Below, one piece after another: positions 24,301 to 24,793 of a stretch of 24,793 bases of DNA. The stretch spans positions 1-24,793 of the IMG/VR virus record IMGVR_UViG_3300044674_002650; one strand, 5' to 3'. This DNA comes from a virus. Its lineage: Duplodnaviria > Caudoviricetes. Below the pieces are notes generated by a model. That model saw only the letters and a program-made list of their open reading frames with translations, was not told where the DNA came from and did no database searches. Position numbers and translations under genes: made by a program. Positions within the stretch are counted from its first letter, which is position 1, and the number at the start of each line of letters is the position of its first letter.

Positions 24301-24793
24301 CGCCTCTGCCGCCCTCAAGCTCTACTGTGGAGTCACGTTGCTCTAATCCGGAGACTTCTGCTGGCTGATCCTGATTGGCCTCACCGCTCTCAATGGTGAT
24401 TTCTTCGCCAGTCTGGAAGTCAGTGTATGCAAAGATGCCATCTTCGCGACGACGCAGTACACCTTCGGAATCGTCTTGCCCTACAACCTGACCGACCAGA
24501 TCGTTGAGGCTGGGGTTGAAGTCATCACGTAACTGGAGTGTTTCTGCCTCCAGTCTGGTGTTCTCGTCTTCGCTGATGTCCTGACCCAGATAGTATTCGT
24601 CTGGGATGATGTTCTGAATCGCCTCAAGAGAAACGCCACGGTTCCTTCTCGCAGGGCCGCTTTCGTATGCGTCGAGGTAATCGACGTAGGACTCGAAGCC
24701 AGCCTGCTGTGCCTCTAGCTCCTCCGACTGCGGAGTCTCGACAGGCATATTGCCTTCCGAGTCTGGCATCGGGCTTGGCTGGGGCAGACGCAG
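18365..24793 (-). CDS. Giant polyvalent/virion-ejection protein with C-terminal LPD38; 5' end lies beyond the window
   Basis: The frame stays open to the window edge (LRLPQPSP precedes the listed Met). Contains AKNLTVNFNRKG..FFNAAVQG, IPMPYGYG..NHFGSPLY..SPDGMQYL..GGLGRF and zincin HEMHH..EQEVFAQ. Confidence 0.8.
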   Translation of the reverse strand: MRLPQPSPMPDSEGNMPVETPQSEELEAQQAGFESYVDYLDAYESGPARRNRGVSLEAIQNIIPDEYYLGQDISEDENTRLEAETLQLRDDFNPSLNDLVGQVVGQDDSEGVLRRREDGIFAYTDFQTGEEITIESGEANQDQPAEVSGLEQRDSTVELEGGRGVTFNAEDSTFTARRGTFRYFSTNYDENGEVSTVTAETMDGEPRTFGKKMARAIEDAKAGVEVQQMRSDLANQIVQADDLPEDLQVALVQADVLEETIPVEQVEEIIQTMPEARQEPLRKRIEALMTRDEMEETPIASSTFDRTDETSIFNGVINRAGSVTLEERQANLDATAGQEIQQPNGDDPIVIPSTGLDGIAEKVATAMRNQFKVRNRDKTVSFYQPANKYLGEANQDLVEEIQQAVFDLVESGMAPEAISSLEQISVHTDDDFNGADGVALASGVSLRDGVVDKARTDEGASALRMILAHEMHHVFDLNNDITLNLPSFKTEISFTAEGPVMTAGDVVMELYDNYVNQTEVGRLFAYPFNMLDEDTQDLNADFDILGRTMEQEVFAQLGAVYVSDPRLLKSQAPEAYEVIRTIRGADNATDQNTEAQVQPEGTGVQGEVRPSTVSGSAEVEDAGGTGVVGGDGAEAGPTSEVVGGETEQPDGDSDGRVVRPEDLVIKRADNFSTNGEYNVTFPDGTVTQIFRDTLQFSTPRWIWVESDAGSPDAIFGIGDNRNEAVQRLIQLMGYELPPADNVLLMRSPMGLVSARETAAATSYPNQRPFKVDLQQKSLDEQERMGLNLREDTEEANKYLVEITVSDAQEALVDNENAIGWYDRTVGEAINTLAKIHPEIATDPQAKFAFTFALANTSNGLKVDKNFELAESAYRAYKDAGDGKFPTNVGIGNAAAAINKTFKLFNDMVEQYGINDVMELFNSKTTVGELQKAGFKVTGEWVDTEVYGAAIIGPKIGNGFFANLNGNFDQLTMDRWLRRTWGRWTGTLIGERPDLIADKTKKMRQIVAKMTAEEKRSFKDLGVNIRTQSNADVIETANAIQKASMVPANREVMNRTDLGQDLRKVGNGLAKDADGQIEAPTAAERNRIRKVFNDALTELRNDYPELTMADLQALLWYPEKRLYDGARSQEEFENGYEDAEAPDYANAAARLAERFGVDSDRRGAGDARSGDVAEQPAVAEQAEGTATPDVGSQESAVDTPLAKRGQKKSHADAQRDNTLLDGNPSSNEFTLDDETRLELFLRRIQDQYLSLKKFEDAAAEFLGLKELPEHMQTYVGETLHSGKVKTDLDDLENNYIAPMAEILRENDIDPDDFGLYLMAKHAPERNAKIAKMYEEQNYEGPLPDFIGAGMTTEDANRVVAELENASMLKAADIVYKMLAKNRERMVEAGLINEQTADSWDSTYEFYVPLKGFATSDGDEGMVAPRGLPKGFSVSGKESFRALGRVSQAENPVLFAIADSEEKITRSRRNEVGKQFLALADAIQERGSEQLKVYRPEDEYPMGKREADATGKVSQRRLTAPTMRTAKRDDAPKVPKFMSVKVDGQEVFIEIKNLGLAKAMHNVGAENFENLTGFLGAAAPVMQKFQNFRRNMLINWNPSWFLINPLRDIQTGLMYNLAQESKEGGMVEGENLTGEIIRRYLPAYSAYYKNLRGNKADNEYDAYFDEYQQSGAPTGLTLTKEIEEQRERLFALVTDGPLTTKGKQGLQQIEYLNQASENAVRFATYVSARESGVSVQSAANLAKNLTVNFNRKGEMSAGLNLFYLFFNAAVQGTANIAQAMSGRTADGSLTKAQIGAASIALIAYMVTQHNLGAADEDDDGESLYNDLSDYDHLMSWNMVLDDGKTFAQIPMPYGYGFFHTLGRLGAEYMNETKDEGDVAAEITASFAHHMLPPPLGFVGSIGTVDDLDEFQKRMLGNVAPSIFEPVVQYATNTNHFGSPLYLEDNPLIRPSAPDSSRAKRATSQVYRDIAEWMNDATGGSLYRSGAVDVSPDGMQYLQEYLLGGLGRFVNRSADLAAKYNSPEDEEITASDVPIVRYFFGEPSDYADKMDYYDYIGSATQIFKENEEATGAEKLEFQREFGSVTKLEPLYKETQKQLRKLRQRKKQIEKTQKDPVKAYDQIQRIEVEMQKLYDKFNQRYREATR

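Noticed and set aside
18717-24346. Many short ORFs within the giant gene, and similar shadow ORFs elsewhere
   Set aside because: Antisense or off-frame by-products of GC-rich codon usage, without RBS or motifs.
1-24793. Reverse transcriptase, retron, DGR or RtcB ligase partner for the ribozymes
   Set aside because: No such motifs were seen in this window; any partner would be host-encoded or outside the window.

Overview
This is part of a temperate, probably gammaproteobacterial, dsDNA phage genome in non-integrated configuration. From left to right it holds: terS and a holin-like gene (-); an early operon starting with ardC (+); a replication/nuclease module (-); an XRE repressor; a Sak/YqaJ/SSB recombination module; a divergent CsrA-like gene; a tyrosine integrase with an attP carrying the 5' half of tRNA-Met; DUF1289 and split DUF5872 genes; and a truncated giant LPD38 polyvalent protein. 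The most striking feature is an RNA-level system in the early operon. Four hammerhead ribozymes punctuate it: three type I copies placed directly at stop codons, and one variant type III copy with a two-hairpin insertion in the core. They are coupled to a recurring AACCAC-loop hairpin and a CAATCTGGAG RBS cassette. They are preceded by a ~235-nt structured leader with CsrA-type GGA hairpins, and the same phage encodes an apparently internally duplicated CsrA-like protein with a canonical CsrA site in its own leader. All calls come from reading the sequence by eye; no searches or folding programs were run.
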